Shown here: one piece after another, positions 8,796 through 15,498 of the stretch
Layout: the number at the start of each line of letters is the position of its first letter
How positions within the stretch are numbered: position 1 is the first letter of the stretch
Source: an uncultured virus (IMG/VR IMGVR_UViG_3300050821_001955)
Taxonomy: Duplodnaviria; Heunggongvirae; Uroviricota; Caudoviricetes
Length of the DNA: 20,000 bases
Virus record (IMG/VR): IMGVR_UViG_3300050821_001955
Reading direction: 5' to 3' (one strand)
The notes under the pieces: model-generated
What the model was told of the DNA's origin: nothing
The model's database searches: none
What the model saw: only the letters and a program-made list of their open reading frames with translations
Made by a program: the position numbers and the translations under genes

Positions 8796-9269
8796 CTAAA
8801 CTACTATTTCACCTTCTCTAATTTGCCTAGCCCTATCGTGATATTTCCACATAGGACATTTAGTAGAAATCCATTCCTTACAAGTACATCCTTCCATAAC
8901 TACTTTACTAGGATTTTTCTTAGCATTAATAAAAAAGAATTCTCTATCTTCTTCATTAAATTTCCTACACTTTAAAGGAGCGGAAGCAAAGCTAGTCTCC
9001 CGGATTAGTTCTCCTTTTTCCGGATCTTCTAACATGTTTCCGTCTTTGTTAAGTTTATAGTATTGAATCTCTCCCGTTATAGTGTTTACTTGTACTAATC
9101 GGTGAGTAACTCTCTTTCCATACCTATCGAAAGTAGCTATACAATAGGGTGCATCTTTTGTATAGATACCGGGAGGAAGCCATTCACTAGTCTCTTTAGC
9201 TTCTACTTTTCCGTAGATCAGCCAAGTGAATAATCCTACTAGCGTTTTGAGAAATTCATTCCTATTCAT
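8796..9269 (-). CDS. Hypothetical protein with a Tat-like leader (157 aa)
   Basis: MNRNEFLKTLVGLF...VEA resembles the S/T-RRxFLK consensus with the second Arg replaced by Asn; Cys cluster near the C-terminus. Confidence 0.65.
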   Translation of the reverse strand: MNRNEFLKTLVGLFTWLIYGKVEAKETSEWLPPGIYTKDAPYCIATFDRYGKRVTHRLVQVNTITGEIQYYKLNKDGNMLEDPEKGELIRETSFASAPLKCRKFNEEDREFFFINAKKNPSKVVMEGCTCKEWISTKCPMWKYHDRARQIREGEIVV

Positions 9270-9278
9270 AATCTATTC

Positions 9279-9611
9279 CTACGGAGTAACTACCGGAGTC
9301 ACGTGCCTATGGTGATGGTGCTTAACGTGAGTATGAACTCGACCAAAAATCCCTACGTGAGTGCTCTCTCGGTGATTAACGCTCTCATAACCTACTGCTC
9401 CGTAGCTACTAGGAGCACCACAATCGGCTACTCCCGCGTAGCCTCCGTAACTACGTCCGTAAACCCCCCTAGAAGACCCGTAGGAGCGATAGGACCGGGA
9501 ATAGGATCTTCCTACCCCGTTAGGACAGACGCCTCCGGGGCAGCCCGCTAGAGCGGTTTCCGAGAGGATAAGAGAAACGAGTAAAAGACTAGCCACAATC
9601 AACGTTTTCAT
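9279..9611 (-). CDS. Small secreted protein with CPGGVCP motif and His-rich tail (110 aa)
   Basis: Sec-type signal peptide ending ALA, mature N-terminus GCPGGVCP, Ser/Tyr/Gly/Arg low-complexity middle, HTHVKHHHHRH near the C-terminus; AAGGA SD. Confidence 0.75.
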   Translation of the reverse strand: MKTLIVASLLLVSLILSETALAGCPGGVCPNGVGRSYSRSYRSYGSSRGVYGRSYGGYAGVADCGAPSSYGAVGYESVNHRESTHVGIFGRVHTHVKHHHHRHVTPVVTP

Positions 9612-9626
9612 TAGTAGTTTCCTTGA

Positions 9627-9914
9627 TTAGACAAATTGTTCGATAAAGTCTGAAAGCTTCTCCGCGAAAATAGTAGGATCTATCTCCGTATGTAGTGGTT
9701 GTCCGTGATCGTCGGACTTTTGGAGATAAATCTTTCCTCCTTCGTTAAGGATTATAGCAGGGTCAGTAAACTTGATACTGAAGTTTTTATTATGTCCTAT
9801 GACTAGCGACTTATTAGCCTTATCTCGATAGAAATGAACGTCTCCGTTTTTATAGGTAAGCCAAACTCCTTCAATCTGTCCGGTTCTAGCAAAGGCCATT
9901 TTAGTAGGTAGCAT
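9627..9914 (-). CDS. Hypothetical protein (95 aa)
   Basis: Clean ORF filling the operon slot with short gaps on both sides; soluble, beta-rich. Confidence 0.65.
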   Translation of the reverse strand: MLPTKMAFARTGQIEGVWLTYKNGDVHFYRDKANKSLVIGHNKNFSIKFTDPAIILNEGGKIYLQKSDDHGQPLHTEIDPTIFAEKLSDFIEQFV

Positions 9915-9929
9915 AGGTATAATTAGTCT

Positions 9930-10184
9930 CTATTGAGGAATAGTAGGTTTAGGAGCAGGAGCAGGGATAAGATGAATCCCTAGTAAATTCTCCATCGTAA
10001 TAATTCCCTGAAGGATAGGAAGTATCTCGGCTGCGTAAGGTACTAGCGGAAGGACCCAAGCCGGAGGAGGGACTAGGGCCAAATCCCTAGCTACGTCACG
10101 GATCAAAGTATCTCCTCCGGCGATAACTTGATTAAACGCTACTTGAGCACCGCTACTCAGATTCTTAGGAACTTGAATACTCAT
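9930..10184 (-). CDS. Hypothetical hydrophobic protein (84 aa)
   Basis: AAAGGAG SD; amphipathic to hydrophobic C-terminal half, Pro-rich tail. Confidence 0.7.
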   Translation of the reverse strand: MSIQVPKNLSSGAQVAFNQVIAGGDTLIRDVARDLALVPPPAWVLPLVPYAAEILPILQGIITMENLLGIHLIPAPAPKPTIPQ

Positions 10185-10203
10185 AGCCTATCTCCTTTAT
10201 TAG

Positions 10204-10419
10204 CTAGTCTTTGAAACGTAAAACGGGAACACCGGCAAAGTTTAGCAACATACCTATCAATACCAGCACTATCAAAACTTTAAGGACTATGTTAATCCAG
10301 TTCTTATAAGGTTCCGGAATAGGAACGATAGAGATCAGATAGAACAAGAGTCCTACTATACATCCGAATACAAGTAGAGTAACTATCAACGTAACTAGAC
10401 CGCCAATTGTAAGTACCAT
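10204..10419 (-). CDS. Two-TM small membrane protein (Thivi_2564-like), candidate holin or antiholin (71 aa)
   Basis: Two long hydrophobic helices joined by an IVPIPEPYKNWINI loop, resembling the Thivi_2564 family pattern. Confidence 0.7.
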   Translation of the reverse strand: MVLTIGGLVTLIVTLLVFGCIVGLLFYLISIVPIPEPYKNWINIVLKVLIVLVLIGMLLNFAGVPVLRFKD

Positions 10420-10431
10420 GATGTTTCTCTT

Positions 10432-11046
10432 CTAGTGGTGCGGTTTCTTAGGTTTGTGACTATCCGGTTTTGGTTTATGTTCTTCTTCCGCTACAACCGG
10501 AGTTACTTCCGGAGGAGGATCATTATGAGTGTCTACAGTAGTCTCGGTATGAGTAGTTACCGTAGTAGGATTAGGACTAGGAGCAGGATTTACTATAACA
10601 GCTGGAGGAGCGGGAGTTTGTACTATTGTAGTCGTTGTATCTACCGGCTTGGGATCGGGAGCGAACTTAGGAATCATATCACTCCAACCTCCCCAAATCG
10701 GAATACCACAAGCTTTGAGATTAGTAGAGATGCTAAGGAGTTCAAATCCTGAATAGAACATAGAGATACCTTTAGTCACCGGGAAATCGGGAACCATAGT
10801 TTCTACTACTGCCCCCGCTCCTATTGCTAAGAGAGTTCCGATTTTTCGATTCGTAGCTTTAAATATATCATGCATACAGACCGTGTCCGTAGATACAGCA
10901 GCACAATAGCGAGTAATAATGTCTATAACCATTAGTACAAGTAGTCCTAAGACTATAGGTACATATTGTATATAGTGAAATACTACTTGAAGCTCCGGAG
11001 AGACAGCGGGGTGTTCAGCTAGGAGAAACATCTGTATCCCTTTCAA
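10432..11046 (-). CDS. Phage holin, Phage_holin_4_1-like, with a Pro/Thr-rich C-terminal extension (204 aa; true start may be MFLLAEH)
   Basis: LLVLMVIDIIT...A...RKIGTLLAIGAG...FY..FELLSISTNL...GIPI parallels the family pattern D-x-I-T-G / K-K / FYxxxExxSIxEN / GxPxP. Confidence 0.75.
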   Translation of the reverse strand: MKGIQMFLLAEHPAVSPELQVVFHYIQYVPIVLGLLVLMVIDIITRYCAAVSTDTVCMHDIFKATNRKIGTLLAIGAGAVVETMVPDFPVTKGISMFYSGFELLSISTNLKACGIPIWGGWSDMIPKFAPDPKPVDTTTTIVQTPAPPAVIVNPAPSPNPTTVTTHTETTVDTHNDPPPEVTPVVAEEEHKPKPDSHKPKKPHH

Positions 11047-11467
11047 TGGTAGGCTCTTTCGCTATCTCTACAGCAGCGGTTATTACTGACCCATGAGTGA
11101 GATTATTTGGAATCCCTATGTCTTTCATTAGATGATCTCCAAATTCTTTATCAAGTATTACAAATATTTCGTTATCGGAGAGACTAGAACAGTTCTCTTC
11201 ATAGAACTTCCTTAAGTCTCCTATGTAGTTTCTAAAAAATACTCTAGTTGCTTCATTGAGAATGAACGGGCTGTTTATGTTACCTAGTCCTTTAGCTACC
11301 GCTTCACTATGAGCCCCTCTAATCAAATAGTCCCAAAGAGCATCTACCCGTTTCTCAATCTGATCAAACCTACCCATGATATAATAATAGGGGACGCCTA
11401 TCCCTACTCCAAAAAGTAAGAGAATAGCTATAACGGAACAAGCTATTACGGTAGAGCTAAGAGTCAT
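11015..11467 (-). CDS. Single-pass membrane protein (150 aa)
   Basis: N-terminal TM helix, short coiled coil (RFDQIEKRVDALW), globular C-terminus; ATGA-coupled to the upstream gene. Confidence 0.7.
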   Translation of the reverse strand: MTLSSTVIACSVIAILLLFGVGIGVPYYYIMGRFDQIEKRVDALWDYLIRGAHSEAVAKGLGNINSPFILNEATRVFFRNYIGDLRKFYEENCSSLSDNEIFVILDKEFGDHLMKDIGIPNNLTHGSVITAAVEIAKEPTIERDTDVSPS

Positions 11468-11907
11468 GCTGTATCATCGTTTTGAGAAGTTCTTTCAGGA
11501 TGTTTCCTTAACTCTTGCTCTTGCTTGGCTAAAGCTCTGCTTTGGTCTCTAGCTTCCTTAGATTTCTCTAGAGCTTCTAATCGTAGCTGAGTCTTAGTCT
11601 TAAACTCGGCTGTATCTGTCTTGAAAGCTTTATAAGAGTCCCAATGTCTAGTGTATTCTTGCTTAGCCGTAGAATCGTTCTCTATACACTCCTTTATATT
11701 CTGTAAGCAAGAGTCTATCCTAGTCTCAATCTTAGTGATATGCTTAATCTTAGCTAAGTCCGTAAAGAACAGAACTAATCCTCCTGCCGCTAGTAGCAAA
11801 CTAACCGCAATTCCTACTATCGTAAGTGTGCCTATCGCGGTAAGGATATGAGTTAAAGTCTCATTATTCTCTACCATAGTACCTATCGATCCTTTAACTA
11901 AGTTCAT
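11464..11907 (-). CDS. Membrane protein with C-terminal coiled coil (147 aa; alternative start at 11877), holin- or spanin-like architecture
   Basis: Long hydrophobic segment (ILTAIG...LVLFF) followed by a charged heptad-like region. Confidence 0.7.
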   Translation of the reverse strand: MNLVKGSIGTMVENNETLTHILTAIGTLTIVGIAVSLLLAAGGLVLFFTDLAKIKHITKIETRIDSCLQNIKECIENDSTAKQEYTRHWDSYKAFKTDTAEFKTKTQLRLEALEKSKEARDQSRALAKQEQELRKHPERTSQNDDTA

Positions 11908-12277
11908 GTATAGACGCCATTACATATAAAGCCCCAGAAGCATAAAAAGGCCAAAGAGCTACTAAGACTCGAATCTCAGTACTATCGCTACGTCGTCCCT
12001 TAACTTCTCGACCTAAGTTCATAGACTTGCTAAGAGGATTTCTAATGAATTCATCTCTTAGTCTTACATGGTCTTCTACTACGGGAAGAGGGAGAACCGA
12101 TTCAATTTTCTTACCTATCAATCCGCCCATAATAGTTTTAAACATACCCTCAGCTTGAGAGTTAGCTACTACAATAGTTCCTTTGTCGTCTATGACTATC
12201 TTACCAGAACTTTCCCAAGCGATGTCTTTACAATCATTGAGAGATAAAACTACTCCAAAGCTAATAGCGTTTGTCAT
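11894..12277 (-). CDS. Standalone PAS-domain protein, FixL-like (127 aa)
   Basis: IVIDDKGTIVVANSQAEGMF...LIGKKIESVLP...H70...LGR90EVKGRRSDSTEI.V.V.L is a complete PAS/PAC signature; no output domain. Confidence 0.9.
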   Translation of the reverse strand: MTNAISFGVVLSLNDCKDIAWESSGKIVIDDKGTIVVANSQAEGMFKTIMGGLIGKKIESVLPLPVVEDHVRLRDEFIRNPLSKSMNLGREVKGRRSDSTEIRVLVALWPFYASGALYVMASIHELS

Positions 12278-12669
12278 GGATGAATACTTTCAGTCTTAGA
12301 GAGAGCATTTACTGCTTGGCTCAGAGTTTGAAGAGCTACTCTAAGACTTTGCATCTCCGATTGCATTCCTTGAAGATTCCTATCTCCGTCTCTACTTGCT
12401 CGTTCTAATATTGAATTGAGAGCTTTAGAGAATTCTGCGTGCTGTTCTTTTCTCTCCTCCGTACAAGCTTTATGAAGCTCTTTATTATGTTCGGCTTGAC
12501 TCTTAATCAATCCATCAAACTGTTTGTCTTTATCGGGAAGATGTTTTAGAAGTAACCAACCTAACACTAGTCCTAGTAAACCCGCTCCGGCCCATCCTGC
12601 TCCTCCGGAGATAAGATTAGCATCTGTAACCGGAGTATTACTAGCTTGAGCTAAGATAAAAAGGTTCAT
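12274..12669 (-). CDS. Single-TM plus coiled-coil membrane protein (131 aa), holin- or lysis-accessory-like
   Basis: GWAGAGLLGLVLGWLLL TM helix followed by a long coiled coil; ATGA-coupled to the PAS gene. Confidence 0.7.
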   Translation of the reverse strand: MNLFILAQASNTPVTDANLISGGAGWAGAGLLGLVLGWLLLKHLPDKDKQFDGLIKSQAEHNKELHKACTEERKEQHAEFSKALNSILERASRDGDRNLQGMQSEMQSLRVALQTLSQAVNALSKTESIHP

Positions 12670-12672
12670 TAG

Positions 12673-13041
12673 TTATTTCAGACGAGTAAAAGCACTAGCT
12701 CTTAAATTACCCGTGTCGACTGGCACGAGTAGTTGACTCTCTCTTTGTAATCTTAGTCCCGCCAGTAGTAGAGCATTGGCTAGAGTCATTTTATTATTGA
12801 ATACTAAGTCTCTTACCATCTCGACTATCTCTGGTCTCAACTGTCTAACTGGAGTCTCAAGAAATTTAGCTTGTCCTCCATTAGGGTGATTAGCTTCTAA
12901 GTTCTCGTGAACATAAACTGCATATGCGGCTGTATAGCCTACGATTACTTGAGGATTAGTCTTAGTAGCTCCGGAACCGAAAGCACTCTTAGAGAGTCCC
13001 CTAAACGCTCGTTGAATTCCGTCTATTCCGGTAACTTTCAT
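12673..13041 (-). CDS. HK97 gp10-like neck / tail-completion protein (122 aa)
   Basis: Hallmark motifs VPVDTGNLRAS, VGYTAAYAVYVHE and QAKFLE; position after head-joining genes. Confidence 0.85.
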   Translation of the reverse strand: MKVTGIDGIQRAFRGLSKSAFGSGATKTNPQVIVGYTAAYAVYVHENLEANHPNGGQAKFLETPVRQLRPEIVEMVRDLVFNNKMTLANALLLAGLRLQRESQLLVPVDTGNLRASAFTRLK

Positions 13042-13045
13042 AATA

Positions 13046-13414
13046 CTAGTCTGCTAAAGGGGGTAAAGTACCGGCATAGTTCATAAGAGTTACAGTACGT
13101 CGTATAGCTCTACCTTTTACATCCTTCATAGCCTTGAAGTTGATCACCTCCCTTAACTGATCTGGAGGATTAGGTAGATAAGCTAAAGCTCCTAGTCTCA
13201 TTACACTCCCAACCGGAATATCAACTACAACAACTACCGTAGTAGGCTTAGATACTGGCCCAGTTAGAGCAGAGACGGTTTCTATAGTAGAGTCATCCCA
13301 ACGTACTGTAATCTCTACAGGTTTATCTAGAGTAACAATAGCGAAGTCAGTAACCCCTAGCTTACGCCAGAGTACGGCTTTCTCATAACGTCCTATAACC
13401 TCTGGAGCGGGCAT
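13046..13414 (-). CDS. Putative head closure (stopper) protein (122 aa)
   Basis: Size, beta-rich pattern (AVLWR...PVEITVRWDD) and position between the adaptor and the gp10-like gene. Confidence 0.65.
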   Translation of the reverse strand: MPAPEVIGRYEKAVLWRKLGVTDFAIVTLDKPVEITVRWDDSTIETVSALTGPVSKPTTVVVVVDIPVGSVMRLGALAYLPNPPDQLREVINFKAMKDVKGRAIRRTVTLMNYAGTLPPLAD

Positions 13415-13416
13415 AG

Positions 13417-13812
13417 CTAATTACAATCCGATCCTAACCAGAGTACCGTAGCTCTCGCGTTATTATCGAAAGAGGACAACCCTCCGGAGATGTCTAGACG
13501 CTTAGCCTGCTGTCCGTAGCGAGTTCCTTCTAGACCCATAGCGGATTGACCTTGGAAGCTTCCGCTAGCTCCTTGTGTACTCTTAGACATGTAGAGAGGA
13601 TCAGCTTGAGCATAGTAATGAGCCGCTAACCAAGCTTCTATTCGCTCTTGGAGAGTAGTGCTAAGGGTTATTCCCCGTTCTGTAGCGAAGTTTACTGACT
13701 CGTCTACTAACGCACTAGCCGTATCGATAAACCCGGTTAAGTCCGGATTCTTAAGCGTGTCGTAGTTATCGAGTAGTATATTTTTTACAGCGATAGCGGT
13801 AGTTCTAGCCAT
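13417..13812 (-). CDS. Head-to-tail adaptor protein (131 aa)
   Basis: FIDTASALVD...RIEAWLAAHY...LEGTRYGQ...LDISGGL pattern typical of phage adaptor proteins; position downstream of the capsid gene. Confidence 0.8.
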   Translation of the reverse strand: MARTTAIAVKNILLDNYDTLKNPDLTGFIDTASALVDESVNFATERGITLSTTLQERIEAWLAAHYYAQADPLYMSKSTQGASGSFQGQSAMGLEGTRYGQQAKRLDISGGLSSFDNNARATVLWLGSDCN

Positions 13813-13863
13813 TATGTACTCTTTCTAAGTAGTGAACTATTAACAGAGTACCGAGTCTAGAAC

Positions 13864-14343
13864 TTATTGAGGAGCACTCCGAAGAATCTTAATGATCTCT
13901 TCCTTAGTCTTAGCCTTACCCAAAGGAATCTCTTCCGCTTGGGCATGAGCTTGAAGCTGAGGAATAGTCATATCATCGAAAGGATCATTAGCACTAGGAT
14001 TGAGGTTAGCCGTATTACCGATCTCAAATCCTGATTTAGCGGCTAGAGCTACGGGAGAGAGCTTATCGCTAGGATTAACGTTGAAAATCTCTTCAAACTT
14101 AATCGAACCGGGATAGTTGAACTTTTTACAAAGGTCAGCGGTATCCGGAACTAGATCGCCACCCCATTGATCGTCCTCAATACCATCGGGAGGACGTTTG
14201 ACTCCGTAAATAATAGGCCGGTGAGTAGGTTCCCCATCTTCGTTTACAACGCACTTACCTCCGTGGAATCCTGCGAGAATCCGGAAGTAGCGAATGGGCT
14301 TAACTTTCTTTTGAATAACGGGAGTGGTTTCAACGCTAGACAT
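13864..14343 (-). CDS. Protein with C-terminal Rho_N/HeH-like helix-extension-helix domain (159 aa)
   Basis: FDDMTIPQLQAHAQAEEIPLGKAKTKEEIIKIL fits the Rho_N/HeH pattern often found just after phage capsid genes; AAGGAG SD. Confidence 0.75.
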   Translation of the reverse strand: MSSVETTPVIQKKVKPIRYFRILAGFHGGKCVVNEDGEPTHRPIIYGVKRPPDGIEDDQWGGDLVPDTADLCKKFNYPGSIKFEEIFNVNPSDKLSPVALAAKSGFEIGNTANLNPSANDPFDDMTIPQLQAHAQAEEIPLGKAKTKEEIIKILRSAPQ

Positions 14344-14387
14344 AGTTCTCTCTCCTTAGTGTAAAGTTTTAAAGTTACCTATCTAAA

Positions 14388-14654
14388 CTATTGGGTTTCT
14401 CGTTCCGGCCAGTGCCAAGTATTTAGTACGTGATTGTCTCCGTGAATTACCGATCCTACTGCCATCGTAGCTCCGTGGTGTTCTTTAGCTTCCCGGTCGT
14501 GATCGCTATCTAAGAACACTACTAAATTACAACATCCAGCGTTCATTAGTCCTTGACCTACGTTAGCGGGAATATTCGCTACGATAGCAGGTCTATGTTC
14601 TCCGCTACTTCTAAGAACATAGTGAACTATCCTTCCTACTGCTAAGCCTATCAT
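14388..14654 (-). CDS. Conserved-looking phage hypothetical protein (88 aa)
   Basis: VGRIVHYV...RPAIV...LVVF...TWHWPER motif set; AAGGAG SD. Confidence 0.75.
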   Translation of the reverse strand: MIGLAVGRIVHYVLRSSGEHRPAIVANIPANVGQGLMNAGCCNLVVFLDSDHDREAKEHHGATMAVGSVIHGDNHVLNTWHWPERETQ

Positions 14655-14669
14655 TTGCCTATCTCCTTT

Positions 14670-15392
14670 TTAAGCTGCTTCGTTTTGTTTAATCTTATCG
14701 GCTTCTCTTTGGCGTCTAGTATTCCAGATTCTCTCGGCTATTTCCGCTGCATCCGGTCGTTTACTCCAATGATTTGTTTTAGCACTTTCTTTTAGCTTCT
14801 CCGCCATGTTCCTAATCTTCTCTTCTGTTTCTTCTCCTCCCCGTTTAGTCCAATGCGCATCACTAATCTTTTTCTTAGTAGCGTCATCCATTTTACGCCC
14901 GGTTTGGAACTTTCTTACAGCTTCGTTAACATGTAAAGGACGTTTCTTTCCTTTATTAGCTATCGCTGCTGCTATAGTAGCTTTCACGCGGTTTAAGTTT
15001 CCCTTTTGACTAATACGCATCTTAGCTCTAGATTCCTCAGTATGTTTAACTCCTAACATATTTTGAGTAACACTCCGAGCTATGTTATATCCTAAAGTTC
15101 TGTCATAGGGAGTAAAGTGGTCTATCCAAAATTGTTCCCTAGGTAAGCAGTCTTCCTTATTTTTGCACGTCTCTAATATATACCAATCAAAATACTTAGC
15201 TCCGTATTTATTCCAAGCATTTTGCAAGTATCTATTAACATGCTTCCCGCTTTCCAACGCCTTTTTATGACCGTTCCATCGATCCTTAAAACTAGTAGCA
15301 GTGCTTCCTATATACATTTTACCATTTACAGTATTTAGTATCTGGTAAACTCCTATCTTGTTTTTCAAACGACTTATATTAGCTTTTGGCAT
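14670..15392 (-). CDS. Free-standing GIY-YIG homing endonuclease with NUMOD3-like repeats
   Basis: GVYQI..NGKMYIGS, catalytic-type R (KDRW), E (REQFWID) and N (GYNI); basic repeats GVKHTEESRAKM and GRKMDDATKKKIS. The AGGGAG SD (15399-15404) favours ATG 15392 over 15398. Confidence 0.92.
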   Translation of the reverse strand: MPKANISRLKNKIGVYQILNTVNGKMYIGSTATSFKDRWNGHKKALESGKHVNRYLQNAWNKYGAKYFDWYILETCKNKEDCLPREQFWIDHFTPYDRTLGYNIARSVTQNMLGVKHTEESRAKMRISQKGNLNRVKATIAAAIANKGKKRPLHVNEAVRKFQTGRKMDDATKKKISDAHWTKRGGEETEEKIRNMAEKLKESAKTNHWSKRPDAAEIAERIWNTRRQREADKIKQNEAA

Positions 15393-15426
15393 TATCATCT
15401 CCCTTAGAATGATACCCTAGAAAAGT

Positions 15427-15479
15427 TACGCGGAAGGCGATAGGGAAATCGCTTTTCAGTCGGCCAACCTATCCGCGTA
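15427..15479 (-). ncRNA. Structured cis-RNA (three-way junction) in the leader of the homing endonuclease
   Basis: P1 TACGCGGA/TCCGCGTA (8 bp perfect); P2 GGTT-ggcc-GACT (pairs fully only on the minus strand via G-U); P3 GCGAT-ttccct-ATCGC. Confidence 0.6.
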
Positions 15480-15498
15480 TTTGAAGTAGTCTCTATTG

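Noticed and set aside
15427..15479. Intrinsic terminator or HDV-like/theta ribozyme
   Set aside because: The branched fold with only a short, offset U run is unlike a simple terminator, and I could not map the nested double pseudoknot of HDV-like ribozymes; not formally excluded without a covariance search.
14670..15498. Group I intron housing the GIY-YIG gene
   Set aside because: The capsid gene ends with a complete-looking C-terminus and stop; flanks of about 100 nt and 15 nt are too short for an intron core.
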